Shown in pieces: positions 45,364-58,011 of a stretch of 64,000 nt of DNA (positions are counted from its first letter, which is position 1; each line of letters starts with the position of its first letter). The position numbers and the translations under genes are program-made. This DNA is from Vulcanimicrobiota bacterium (GTDB lineage: Bacteria > Vulcanimicrobiota > Xenobia > Xenobiales > JADMJV01), in the NCBI GenBank assembly GCA_050250895.1, contig JBFWNU010000008.1:32001-96000 (forward strand). Reading direction: 5' to 3'. Under the pieces are notes generated by a model. It saw nothing but the letters and a program-made list of their open reading frames with translations, ran no database searches and had not been told where the DNA came from.

Positions 45364-46605
45364 ATGGCCGCCGTGGCCGCAACTGTCAAGCGCAAGACGG
45401 GCGTCGCACTATTGGTGTTGGCGGCCGTTTTGTCTTTTCTGCCCTATCCCAGTTCGACGGAGGGACCTGGCCCAGAGCGAGTCTGGTTTACGAGTGATCC
45501 GCCGGGCGCCCAGGTGTGGTGGATCGCCGAGCAAAGCCAGCCCAGATTGCTCGGGGTGACTCCGATCGGAGCCGAGGCTAAGCCGGCGGCCGATGAGCGG
45601 GGTCAGTTGCGCATTACCCTGCCCGGCTATCAAATGATCGAAAAGCCTCTCAACAGCGTTCCCTCATCCTTAGCGCTCGAGCGCGCGGGACTGTTCAAGT
45701 ATCTTCGCGCCCGCCGTCCACTGCTCTTGGTTTCGCTGTTGTTGGTGGTAGTGGCTGGCTGGCTGTTCAAACCCGAGGGCGGCTCGGCTCAGACGGATGA
45801 GCCCGAGCAGTTGCTTCCGGGCGGACGGGTCGGACCGTATCGCCTGGGTGAGAAAGTGGGGGAGGGAGCCATGGCCGAGGTCTTCTCGGCCACGCCGCTG
45901 GCGGGCGGTCCGAAGGTGGCGGTGAAGGTGATCTTTGAAGAACTTTGTCGCGACCCGGAGTTCGTGCGCCGATTTCAACGCGAGGTCTCCATCTGCCAGG
46001 GGTTCGACCACGCCGGGTTGGTCACCGTCAGAGAATTCGGCCAGCTCGAGAACCGCTTCTGGCTGGCCATGGATTTCGTCGAGGGGCGCCAACTCGGCGA
46101 GTTGGTGGCCGCAGGCTTGCCGGCCGAGCGCATCCTCAAGCTGGGCAGGGCCCTGTGCCGAGCTCTAGCCGCGGCCCATCAAAAGGGAGTGGTGCACCGC
46201 GACCTCAAGAGCGACAACATCATCGTGAGCGACGATGATCTCCCCGTCATCACCGACTTTGGCCTGGCCCGCTCGGACCACTACGAGAAGATCACCAAGA
46301 CGGCCTCGACCCTGGGCACACCGGCCTATATGCCGCCAGAGCAGGTCTCGACCCCCAACTCGGGTCCTAGAGCTGATCTGTACTCACTGGGAGTGGTCCT
46401 CTACGAGATGTGCACCGGTGACGTGCCCTTTTCGGGCGACCCGATCCCGGTGATCATCAGCCACCTCAACGATCCTCCGCCCCCAATCGAGCGCCAGGAC
46501 CTGCCCGACGGGCTCAAGGCGGTGGTGATGCGCCTGCTCGAAAAAGAGCCGGACGACCGCTATGCCGATGCTCGTGAGGTCGAGGCAGCCCTGGCCGCGC
46601 TCTAG
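45364..46605 (+). CDS. Membrane Ser/Thr kinase (TM-PEGA-like-TM-kinase)
   Basis: FTSDPPGAQV..GVTP; GEGAMA; VAVK; HRDLKSDN; DFG; GTPAYMPPE. Confidence 0.9.
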   Translation: MAAVAATVKRKTGVALLVLAAVLSFLPYPSSTEGPGPERVWFTSDPPGAQVWWIAEQSQPRLLGVTPIGAEAKPAADERGQLRITLPGYQMIEKPLNSVPSSLALERAGLFKYLRARRPLLLVSLLLVVVAGWLFKPEGGSAQTDEPEQLLPGGRVGPYRLGEKVGEGAMAEVFSATPLAGGPKVAVKVIFEELCRDPEFVRRFQREVSICQGFDHAGLVTVREFGQLENRFWLAMDFVEGRQLGELVAAGLPAERILKLGRALCRALAAAHQKGVVHRDLKSDNIIVSDDDLPVITDFGLARSDHYEKITKTASTLGTPAYMPPEQVSTPNSGPRADLYSLGVVLYEMCTGDVPFSGDPIPVIISHLNDPPPPIERQDLPDGLKAVVMRLLEKEPDDRYADAREVEAALAAL

Positions 46606-47930
46606 AACTGCTCGAGCCACTGCTCAAAGAGCAGCCGTGGCTGCTCCGGGCCCTCGGCGCGTTGGGCCGGGTCCAACGACATCAAGCGGCTCACCATGGC
46701 CACCAGGCCGGGGGGCAAATCGGGTCGCAGTGCAGCCAGGTCGGCCGGCGATTGGGTCGCCTGAGCCGTCAGCATCTCGAGAGTGTTGCCTTCATAAGGC
46801 AGCCGCCCGCCCAGGCACTCGAACAGCATCACGCCCAGCGAGTAATAGTCGCAGCGCCAGTCGACGGGGGCCGACCCCAGCTGCTCGGGAGCCATATAAC
46901 CCACGGTGCCCAGGGCGTCACCGGCCTGGGTCAACCGCTGCTCATCCACCAGCAAGGCGATGCCGAAGTCCATCAATTTAACCCTGGAACCGTGCACCAT
47001 GACATTGGAGGGCTTGAGGTCGCGATGAACGATGCCGCGTCCGTGGGCATAGGCCAGGGCGTCGGCGAGCTGAATGGCCCACTCCAGCACCTGCCGTGGT
47101 TCGAGCGGCTGGCCGAGCAGGGCCGACATCGGCGTGCCCTCGACGTATTCGCTGACCAGATAGTGCTGGTTGACCACGGTGCCCCAATCGTAGAGCTTGA
47201 CGATGTTGGGATGGTCCAACTCGCGGTAAATGTTGATTTCGCGCCGGAACCGCTCGACGAACTCAGGGTTTTGGGAAAAGCGACGGGATAATAGCTTGAG
47301 TGCGGCCGGCACCGGGTCGCCGGGTTTTTTCACCAGGTAGACGCGCGCCATACCGCCCACGCCCAGGCCCCGCTCGACCACGTATCCGTCCAGGTTCGAG
47401 CCGATCTCGACCTGACCGGCTGCGACCTGGGCCAACTCTTTGGCCCGACCACGTTCGCCCTGCCAGCCCCGGTAACCCAGTCCGGCGCTCCCGGCCAGAC
47501 TCAGCCAGGCCAGCAGTAGCAGCGGATTGTGTCGGACCCAATAGAACGCGGGGGTGAGCACCGGTAGGCGCGGCTTGAGCGCCAGGGCCCCACGAGCCGG
47601 GTAGGTTGGCGAGGACGGGCTGAAGAAGTCGCGCGGAATCTCCTTTTCGAGGTCGTGATAACCGGCCAGCTTGAAGACGTAACGGTTGTCGAGGCCTTCT
47701 TTGGGGTTGAGCCTTAGTGGGCCAGGAGTCTTGCCGATGGGAACCAGGTGCAGGCCGGCCAGATCGATTCTCTGGACGAAGACTTCGGCCCCTGGGGGGC
47801 GGGTTCGGATATACCAGGCCCCGGGCTCGGGACGTTGGCCCAGCCACCAGGCCAGATGCATAGCGAAAAAAGCCGCGGCGAGGGCGCCCAGCCGAGACAT
47901 CGTGCGCAGGTGACCGGCTTGCTCTGACAT
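46602..47930 (-). CDS. Membrane Ser/Thr kinase (TM-PEGA-like-TM-kinase)
   Basis: IRTRPPGAEV..GKTP; GVGGMA; HRDLKPSN; DFG; GTVGYMAPE. Start 47930 or 47900. Confidence 0.9.
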   Translation of the reverse strand: MSEQAGHLRTMSRLGALAAAFFAMHLAWWLGQRPEPGAWYIRTRPPGAEVFVQRIDLAGLHLVPIGKTPGPLRLNPKEGLDNRYVFKLAGYHDLEKEIPRDFFSPSSPTYPARGALALKPRLPVLTPAFYWVRHNPLLLLAWLSLAGSAGLGYRGWQGERGRAKELAQVAAGQVEIGSNLDGYVVERGLGVGGMARVYLVKKPGDPVPAALKLLSRRFSQNPEFVERFRREINIYRELDHPNIVKLYDWGTVVNQHYLVSEYVEGTPMSALLGQPLEPRQVLEWAIQLADALAYAHGRGIVHRDLKPSNVMVHGSRVKLMDFGIALLVDEQRLTQAGDALGTVGYMAPEQLGSAPVDWRCDYYSLGVMLFECLGGRLPYEGNTLEMLTAQATQSPADLAALRPDLPPGLVAMVSRLMSLDPAQRAEGPEQPRLLFEQWLEQF

Positions 47931-48003
47931 AGCCACAGATTCTGCAGAACGTGGACTTTGGACCTTTTGCCTGCTAACATTACGGACGGAGGGTTGTATT
48001 TCT

Positions 48004-48399
48004 TTGCGGCGAGGCAGTCGGGGATTTTCACTGGGAGAGATCCTGGTTTCTTTGATTATCCTTTCGACCCTATCGGTCGTGTTGGTGGGCGTGATTCCCG
48101 CCACCGTGTCAGGCCTCAAGGACGCCGGCCGCCGCGCCGACGCGGCCGTGATCGCCGAGGGCACGCTAGAGTTGCTCAAGAGAGATGGCTTCGACTTGCT
48201 GCCCGAAGGCGCCCTCACCACCATCTCGCAGAACGGGACCAGCTATGATGTTTCAGTCGAGTTGGGTCAGGCCACCACTTCCGACGGAGCGCCCATCCCC
48301 GAGACGGTGGCCCGGGACGTGCGCGTGGTCGTGCAGTGGAAAGTAGGCTCAGGCATCAAGAAACACGTCACCCGGACGACTTTCTATGACTACATCTAG
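48004..48399 (+). CDS. Type IV pilin-like minor subunit (PilV/GspI-like)
   Basis: Class III signal RG|FSLGE followed by a hydrophobic helix. Confidence 0.8.
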   Translation: MRRGSRGFSLGEILVSLIILSTLSVVLVGVIPATVSGLKDAGRRADAAVIAEGTLELLKRDGFDLLPEGALTTISQNGTSYDVSVELGQATTSDGAPIPETVARDVRVVVQWKVGSGIKKHVTRTTFYDYI

Positions 48400-49048
48400 G
48401 CGGGCCCCAGGCTTTACGCTCATCGAAATTCTGGTGGTGTGTTTCCTGAGCGTCATCGTGCTGCTCTTGATGATGCAGTTGATGCTGCCGTCAGTGCTGT
48501 TGTTCAAAACCGAATCCTCGCGCTCGGAGGCGCAACAGAGCGTCTTGATCCTGGTCCATCGCCTCGAGTCGCAACTGAACAACTCGCAGTTGGCCTCGGT
48601 CACGATCTTGCCTGATTACGGGGCCATCTCGTTTCAGCAACTGGTCGAGGCCGACCCGTTCGCCTCGGACACCGGTAAGCCCAAACAACAAGATTATTTC
48701 ACGATCTACTTCTACGACTCCACGGCCCAGACGGTCTATCAGAGGAGGTGGCCGCCCGGGCCTCCCAATCTCGGCAGCACTTACGATTTCAGCGACGCCA
48801 CCAAGCCCCAGCGGCTGACCCAGGCTCATCTCGAACAGATCTGCCTGACCCGGACCGGCGAGGAGCGGGTGGTGGGGCGTAACATCTCCACCTGGGAGGT
48901 TGACGACGATGATAACTCTCCCTTCAATCTTAATCCGCCCTTGAGGCTTACCTTGACCTGTTCGGTCGAGGCCTCGGGACAGGGACGCGATCGAGTTGAG
49001 GAGTTTACGATGACGAGTCGAATAACCCCAAGGAACGTAGTATGGTGA
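48386..49048 (+). CDS. Type IV pilin-like minor subunit (PilW/GspJ-like)
   Basis: PG|FTLIE prepilin motif. Confidence 0.82.
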   Translation: MTTSRRAPGFTLIEILVVCFLSVIVLLLMMQLMLPSVLLFKTESSRSEAQQSVLILVHRLESQLNNSQLASVTILPDYGAISFQQLVEADPFASDTGKPKQQDYFTIYFYDSTAQTVYQRRWPPGPPNLGSTYDFSDATKPQRLTQAHLEQICLTRTGEERVVGRNISTWEVDDDDNSPFNLNPPLRLTLTCSVEASGQGRDRVEEFTMTSRITPRNVVW

Positions 49049-50928
49049 GAAGACGCGGCTTATCGCTGGCGATGGTCCTGGCCATCGTGACCATTATGAT
49101 GCTGGTGGCGGCGGCCATGACGGCCCTGTTCACCATGAATCTGAATCTAACTCAGGGGTACTATAACGGCACTATCGCGCTCAAAGAGGCGGAAGCCGGT
49201 ATCAATGAACTGATGTATCGGCTCTCTGAAGACGCCAACTATGGCCGAGCCGGTCAAGAGATTCGGGGCACCACCAACCCCGATTTCGACCCCCGCGAGT
49301 GCTATCATGTCATCACCTTTTCGGGTAGCGGGGGCTTTGCCCGCTCGACCAACAACACGGCCGGCGACAGTCCTTCTGGCGCTCTGGGACGCACCGTTCC
49401 CACCGGCCATATCCACGTGGTCTCCACCGGCTTCTGCCGCGGGGTCTATCGCACTGTCGAGGCCGTCATCGCCAAGCCTCCCAATCCCTTCGGGATCGCC
49501 ACCAGCGGCAAAATCCACTCGCGTGACCCCTTGACGGTCTTAGGTATCGAGGACCCCTCGCGCATCGGCGCGGAGGAGCGGCCGGGTCATATCGTCTGCA
49601 ACTCGGCCGAAGGGGTCGTGATCGAGCAGGGCCCAGACGACGCTCGCCACACTCAGGTGTCCGGGTTCATCAAAACGGTGGGCAACATCAGTCTCGACCC
49701 CAACGCCGAAGTGGTGGGGGGGCTGCGTCCGAACTCTTCACCGACGCAACTGCTCGACATCGATCTCAGCAAGTTCAATACCCAGGGCAAGTCCGGCACG
49801 GCCAACATCATCGATGCCAGCTTCAACAGCCCTCAGGTGCTCGATATTCTCTACTACGCGGGCGCGGATCTGACCTATAACTCGAGTGTCCGGCTCAACA
49901 ACGGCGTGCTCTATTGCGCCAAGGACCTGGTCATCAACGGCTCGGTGTCGGGAGTCGGAGCCATCGTCGCCCGGGGCAAAATCGAGATCAACAACGGAGT
50001 CGCCCTCTCGGGTATCGATGGCAGCCAGGTCGCTTTGCTGGCCGATGGCCCCATCGTCTTGCGAGGGGGCGGCAACTACTTTCGCGGACTGGTCTACAGT
50101 CGCAGCAACATCGACGCCCGCAACATCGTAGTGCTGGGCGGCATGGTGGTCAACAACCCCGACCCCGCCGGCGGGGCGGCTGAACTCGAGAACGTGACCA
50201 TCTATAACGACGAGTCGGTGGGCGAGATCAAGTTTACGGTTGTGAGCAGCAGCCAGGTCACCACTGCCAGCGAGTATACCCAGCCCAACGGAAGCGGCCT
50301 CGGGCTGGCAGCGGTCGATGGCACCGGAACCGAATTTGGCGGGGTGGGTAACGTGGACCCCAACGGGGCGACCTGGGCGTTCGGCACCAGTCCCGAAGAA
50401 ATCCAAAAACTCAGTTTTTATCTGACCAATTCCGTGACAGCCAGTTATGGCTTGGGCAATACTCCTCTGGCCAGCCTGGACCCTAGTCAGATACCCAGTG
50501 ACGCGGGCGGCCTGGTCGATATGTTGACCGGAATGAATACAAACCTGCTCGATGTTGAGGCGGCCAAAGCCGAGATCGAGACGCTGGAAAGCGAGATCAG
50601 CAATCTGCAGTCACAGCTCAGTAGCGATCCTGATGCGGACAACTCCGGCATCGAGTCTCAGATCGCCGCCAAAGAAGCCGAGAAGACCGCTCAAGAAGCC
50701 CTACGCGACCAGGCCATGGCGGACTATGAGGCGGCCGTAGCCGCGTTCGTCCAAGCCTACACCGATTTTGCCCAAAAGCACCCGGCTGCTAACGGTTCCT
50801 ACCATCAGGGGGGGACCGGGCGTCTGCTCGACGTGACCGTGAACTACGAGTTCAACTTCAACGAATACCTACCCGAGAGCGACACCCTCAAGATCACCGC
50901 CTGGCACCAGATCAACGGCCGACCCTGA
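49042..50928 (+). CDS. Large PilX/GspK-like pilin
   Basis: RRG|LSLAM lacking Glu5; AEAGI motif; Gly/Asn-rich beta region; coiled-coil insert. Confidence 0.75.
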   Translation: MVRRRGLSLAMVLAIVTIMMLVAAAMTALFTMNLNLTQGYYNGTIALKEAEAGINELMYRLSEDANYGRAGQEIRGTTNPDFDPRECYHVITFSGSGGFARSTNNTAGDSPSGALGRTVPTGHIHVVSTGFCRGVYRTVEAVIAKPPNPFGIATSGKIHSRDPLTVLGIEDPSRIGAEERPGHIVCNSAEGVVIEQGPDDARHTQVSGFIKTVGNISLDPNAEVVGGLRPNSSPTQLLDIDLSKFNTQGKSGTANIIDASFNSPQVLDILYYAGADLTYNSSVRLNNGVLYCAKDLVINGSVSGVGAIVARGKIEINNGVALSGIDGSQVALLADGPIVLRGGGNYFRGLVYSRSNIDARNIVVLGGMVVNNPDPAGGAAELENVTIYNDESVGEIKFTVVSSSQVTTASEYTQPNGSGLGLAAVDGTGTEFGGVGNVDPNGATWAFGTSPEEIQKLSFYLTNSVTASYGLGNTPLASLDPSQIPSDAGGLVDMLTGMNTNLLDVEAAKAEIETLESEISNLQSQLSSDPDADNSGIESQIAAKEAEKTAQEALRDQAMADYEAAVAAFVQAYTDFAQKHPAANGSYHQGGTGRLLDVTVNYEFNFNEYLPESDTLKITAWHQINGRP

Positions 50929-50950
50929 GGCGGGGGGGCGCAAACTGGTA

Positions 50951-51760
50951 TTTTAACGCGGAGTTCAGCGGAGGACGCAAAGGTCGCGGAGGGGTTGCAG
51001 GGTTTGGGGGAGGTAGGCTCTCTAAGCGATCTTTCTTGGTTGAGGCCGATGCGGTTGGAAGGTCGTTCCACCGCAGTTCAAGACGTCGCCGGCCGCCAGC
51101 CAGGCGGTGTCGGTTTTGGCACGTGGTGGTGCCGTCCTCGGGCGAGGTTGCTCTTCCGTGCAGAAGTCGGCTTGCCCGCGACCGTGGTCGAGCCACCCAG
51201 GCTGCCGGCGGCGGTACGGCGCCAGGTGGTGCCGGATTCGGCACGTGGTAGCGCCGTACTGTTGCTGTTCCGTGCGGAAGTCGGCTTGCCCCGCGACCGT
51301 GGCCGAGCTACCGGTCGGCGGCGGTACGGCGCCAGGTGGTGCCGGATTCGGCACGTGGTAGCGCCGTACTGTTGCTGTTCCGTGCGGAAGTCGGCCGGCC
51401 CCGCGACCGTGGTCGAGCACCCAGGCTGACGGCGGCGGTAACGGCACCAGGTGGTCGCCAGGACGCTCACCCCACGCCCCCCACAACCCTCTCCGTGCCC
51501 TCCTGATCTCCGCGGTTTATTCCCAGGCACCCCACTGGCGAGCCCACCGACCTGTGCTTGTGCTTCGACCAGGCGCCGGGCCTGTTCCGTGCGGAAGTCG
51601 GCTTGACCCGCGACCGTGGTCGAGCTACCGGTCGGCGGCGGTACGGCACCAGGTGGTCGCCAGGACGCTCACCCCCACAGCCGTCTCCGTGCCCTCTTGA
51701 TCTCCGCGGTTTATCTCCCAGGCACCCCCCTGGCGAGCCACAGCCCTCTGCGCCTTTGCG
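50951..51760. repeat. Modular palindromic repeat cluster (about 110-bp units)
   Basis: ttccgtgc(g/a)gaagtcggc..cgcgaccgtgg units start near 51148, 51262, 51372 and 51582; a second module lies near 51459 and 51661. Confidence 0.92.
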
Positions 51761-51784
51761 AATCCACGGGCGACCGCAGGCCCT

Positions 51785-51816
51785 AAAAGTAAAAAGCCCC
51801 GTGATTGAGACGGAGC
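51785..51816 (-). terminator. Intrinsic terminator
   Basis: Minus strand reads GCTCCGT-CTCAATC-ACGGGGC-TTTTTACTTTT. Confidence 0.75.
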
Positions 51817-51850
51817 CAGACTGGTTGGACGACCAGTTATATATGAAAGA

Positions 51851-52012
51851 CTACTCGGGGCGTTGAGTTTTTACACCGACCAGCTCCATGACGGAGCGAG
51901 TCTTTTTCCACTCTACCTTCAAGTAACCCGATACCCGCGGACGTGCGCCTGAGCGCTGTTCACGATTCTCTTTTTCGTCTTTTCCGATGAGAGCTGCCAA
52001 ACCGCCGGCCAT
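51851..52012 (-). CDS. Small hypothetical protein (53 aa)
   Basis: GGGAGATGAGG upstream of ATG; MAGGLAALIGKDEKENREQRSGARPRVSGYLKVEWKKTRSVMELVGVKTQRPE; followed by a terminator. Confidence 0.6.
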   Translation of the reverse strand: MAGGLAALIGKDEKENREQRSGARPRVSGYLKVEWKKTRSVMELVGVKTQRPE

Positions 52013-52136
52013 AATCCTCATCTCCCTTACCGTGTTCTTGATCTCATTGTAGCCTGGCCGGGGAAGCTGGCGAAGGTCAACTCCTTGCGACGAAGTTAAT
52101 CCTGTGAACGGATATTGCTGACATGTTGTTGGCTTG

Positions 52137-53198
52137 TTAATTCTGGCTGATTTGAGCCAGAGTGACCACCACGGTGTCGGTTTTGCCCTGGTGGCGGCGC
52201 TGGAAGGTCATCTTGGTGCCGGGGGCGCTGTTGGCCACCTGTTCGCGCAGGGCGTCGGGCTCAGACAGTTTCTGGCCGTCGGCCTCGAGCAAGATGTCGC
52301 CCTTCTCGATGCCGGCTTGGTGGGCCGGGCCGTCGCGTTCGAGATCGGTCACGATCAGGCCCTCCGGCGAGGGCAGGTCCAGCAATTCGACCGCAGCCAG
52401 GGTGACGGGTTGCGTTCGCAGGCCCAGGTAAGAGCGGTCGATCTTGCCGTGGGCAATGAGTTTCTCGGCCACGTTCCGGGCCGTGTTCGAGGGGACGGCA
52501 AAGCCGATCCCCTGGGCGAACGGAATGATGGCCGTGTTGATGCCCACGATCTGCCCTTTGAGGTTGGCCAGCGGCCCGCCACTGTTGCCGGGGTTGATGG
52601 CGGCGTCGGTTTGCAAGAGGCCGGTCAGCTCTTTGCCGGGAGCCTCCAGCCGCCGTCCCCGACTCGAGAGCACACCGACCGTGACCGAGTGCCCGAAACC
52701 ATAGGGATTACCCACGGCGACCAGCCACTCTCCCACCTGGATTGCGTCGGAGTCGCCAAACTCGAGGTAGGCCAGGTCTTTGGCCTGGATTCGCACCACG
52801 GCCAGGTCGGTGAAGGGGTCGGCCCCTACCAGGGTGGCCATCAGCGGCTCGCGGTCCGGCAGACTGACGCGAATCTTCTTGGCCTTGCGCACCACGTGAT
52901 GGTTGGTCAGCAGGTAGCCATCGGCTCGAATGACCACCGCCGAGCCTTCTCCTAACGAGGGACGAGCCTCGGGAGACAGGTCGGTGGGGTCGACCTGGTC
53001 TGAACTAGAGACCTGAATGCTGGCCACGGCCTTTCCGACCGCCTCGGCGGCTGCTTCGACCTGATCGAACCTGCTCTCTCCGGTCGAGACCACCGTGACC
53101 GGCGAGGCCGGACCCGACGAGCCGACTCGCATCAGGCCGCCCCCGACCAGTGCCCCCAGCAGCGCGGCGAGAAAATAGCCCGCCGCCTGCTGTTTCAC
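52137..53198 (-). CDS. HtrA/DegP-family serine protease with one PDZ domain
   Basis: LTNHHV; TDLAV; QTDAAINPGNSGGPL; PDZ. Confidence 0.93.
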   Translation of the reverse strand: MKQQAAGYFLAALLGALVGGGLMRVGSSGPASPVTVVSTGESRFDQVEAAAEAVGKAVASIQVSSSDQVDPTDLSPEARPSLGEGSAVVIRADGYLLTNHHVVRKAKKIRVSLPDREPLMATLVGADPFTDLAVVRIQAKDLAYLEFGDSDAIQVGEWLVAVGNPYGFGHSVTVGVLSSRGRRLEAPGKELTGLLQTDAAINPGNSGGPLANLKGQIVGINTAIIPFAQGIGFAVPSNTARNVAEKLIAHGKIDRSYLGLRTQPVTLAAVELLDLPSPEGLIVTDLERDGPAHQAGIEKGDILLEADGQKLSEPDALREQVANSAPGTKMTFQRRHQGKTDTVVVTLAQISQN

Positions 53199-53557
53199 GA
53201 GGTCAGGCCGACGGCCTTCGAGTCAAAGACCACGGGGGCGTCTTTCCATAGACCCTCGAGGTCGTAGAACTCGCGCTCTTGCTGGAGGAAGACGTGAATC
53301 ACTACATCGCCGTAGTCAATCAAGATCCAGGCCCCTTCTTCCAGGCCCTGAATGCGTCGCTTCTGGTGCCCCTTCTGGTTGAGCGATTCTTCGATCGAGC
53401 GCGCGATGTCGCGAGTCTGCACTCGGGTGGGAGCGCTGCTGACCACGAAATAATCGCACAGGACGCTGATCTTGCCGACATCGAGAATGACCACATCGCG
53501 GGCTCGCTTGTCGACGGCTGTGTCGGCTGCGGTTTGGGCAATTTGCAGACTATCCAA
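53195..53557 (-). CDS. rsfS: Ribosome silencing factor
   Basis: DKRARD; DYFVV; WILIDYGDVVIHVF; REFYDLEGLW. Confidence 0.95.
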   Translation of the reverse strand: MDSLQIAQTAADTAVDKRARDVVILDVGKISVLCDYFVVSSAPTRVQTRDIARSIEESLNQKGHQKRRIQGLEEGAWILIDYGDVVIHVFLQQEREFYDLEGLWKDAPVVFDSKAVGLTS

Positions 53558-53601
53558 TAACAGGTTCCTCTCTTGCTGGCAGGCCGTGCCGCCCCCAACT
53601 C

Positions 53602-54206
53602 TTAGCCGGATGCGGCCTTAACCCCTTTCCGGTAAAGGTGATGCTGGCGGATGTAGCTTTCGACCGCCCAGGGTACAAGATATCCGACCGGGCGCCCCTC
53701 GGCCACCCTCGTGCGGATGTCGCTCGAGGAGATATCCAGCGCCGGCATGGCGAGCACTCGGATTTTGTCACGTCGGCTCAATCCGAGCTGGTCGAGGTGA
53801 CGACCAAGTTCGTCTAGTCCGAAGCCGGGCCGCGTGGCCGCCACCATCAACTCCAGTCGCTCGAGCACCTCGTCGAGCGATTTCCAGCGATAGCGAAGCG
53901 CGTCAGCTCCAGTGATGAACGTATAGCGATGCTCGGCCGGCAGCTGGCGCAGTGTGTCGATGGTATAAGAAGCCTCGGCACTGTCGAGTTCGAGCGTGCA
54001 TACCTTGAACTCGGGCCTATCGGCGATGGCGACCCGGACCATCGCCAGCCGGTCTTCGGCCGGGGCCAGGTCGGTTTTCTTGTGGACCGGAGCCCGGTTG
54101 GGCACGAACCAGACCTGTTCCAGGTCCAGCTCGTACCGGGCTTCCTGAGCGAGAAAAAGATGACCGTGGTGAATCGGGTTGAAGGTTCCACCAATCAGGC
54201 CGATCC

Positions 54207-54210
<4 letters not shown>
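53602..54210 (-). CDS. nadD: Nicotinate-nucleotide adenylyltransferase
   Basis: [11 protein letters not shown]; SYTIDT; ITGAD; ISSSDIR. Confidence 0.95.
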
Positions 54211-56909
<2,699 letters not shown>

Positions 56910-56992
56910 CTGTTGGTCTCCGTTTTTCGTCTTACCTATAAGACTATCGAGTCCAACAGCCCGGATCCTGCTAGCTAGACTGCGCGGTGAGC

Positions 56993-57469
56993 CTACTTCT
57001 GTTCTTTCTTGTCAGAAAGGTTCTTCAGGCTCTGGCGCAGGTCGTGGTATTCGTCTTGCGTCTCGGCTTTGAAGTCATCCCATTCTTCGGCCGTCACGTC
57101 GGCAAAGTGCTGGGCGTTCTTTTCCAATTCCTGGTATTGCTCTTCGCTCTCGTTTACCATCTCCTGAAATTCGTCGGCCGCGTCGTCTTTGAAATTTTTG
57201 GCTTCGGCTTTGAACTCGTCGAGCTCCTGGCGAGCTTCCTTGAGTTCTTCGTCCATCTTCTGCTGCATCTGCTGACGCTGCTCATAGGTGTAGGCGGACC
57301 AGGTCTCGCCGGCATCCTCGGCCTGTTGCTGCACCTGCTCGATGGTCGTAGTCGAGGTGGCGACCGGAGTGGGATTGGTCTCATCCGATGTTTGAGGAGG
57401 GGTATTGCAGCCTCCTAAAGTCAGAATGGCCGCCAGCGCCAGGCCGGGCAGATAGATTGTGTTACGCAT
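56993..57469 (-). CDS. Acidic helical lipoprotein
   Basis: AAAGGA RBS; lipobox LGGC; E/Q/D-rich amphipathic helices. Confidence 0.75.
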   Translation of the reverse strand: MRNTIYLPGLALAAILTLGGCNTPPQTSDETNPTPVATSTTTIEQVQQQAEDAGETWSAYTYEQRQQMQQKMDEELKEARQELDEFKAEAKNFKDDAADEFQEMVNESEEQYQELEKNAQHFADVTAEEWDDFKAETQDEYHDLRQSLKNLSDKKEQK

Positions 57470-57482
57470 ATTGGTTCCTTTC

Positions 57483-57854
57483 TTATCGATCCACCAGCAC
57501 GATTTCATCCATATGGACGTGTGCGTGAACCGTCTCGTCGGATTCGCGGGGATAAGCTTTAGACCGGAAGGTATAGGTCTCGTCGGGTTTTAGGCTCCGG
57601 CTGATTCGGATGACCCGAGGCTCGCTACCGGGGTCACCTTCGAGGGTAATGACCATGTCGACCCGACTGGTGTCTGGCCCGAAGTTCTCCAGCACCACCA
57701 GTGCGCTCACCTGTTGCTCGTCGGGATGATCGAGCAGGTTGAACTTCACGATTTCCACTCCAGGCCGGCGGACCTCGGGGACCGCGGCGGCCGGGGTGGC
57801 CGAAATAGCTTGATAGGTCAGTATAGACATTAAAGTGATGATCAGATATCGCAT
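57483..57854 (-). CDS. Small exported beta-rich (Ig-like) protein
   Basis: Signal peptide; LENFGP and LKPDET CARDB-like motifs. Confidence 0.55.
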   Translation of the reverse strand: MRYLIITLMSILTYQAISATPAAAVPEVRRPGVEIVKFNLLDHPDEQQVSALVVLENFGPDTSRVDMVITLEGDPGSEPRVIRISRSLKPDETYTFRSKAYPRESDETVHAHVHMDEIVLVDR

Positions 57855-58011
57855 ACTTCCATGGTAAAGCGGTCCCGGAGGAAGTCCGAACATCCTGGGG
57901 GGTAGGCCAGGGGCATCGTCTCGTACTAGTCGAGGGCCTATCCATGAGTATGGCGCCGGTCGACCCTCACGGATCACGAGTTGAGAGTTCGCAGTCCGGG
58001 ATAATGTAGCT

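Noticed and set aside
51148-51660. CRISPR array or coding repeats
   Set aside because: Units are about 110 bp and similar along their whole length; ORFs occur in several frames with Arg/Pro/Gly-rich translations and no RBS.
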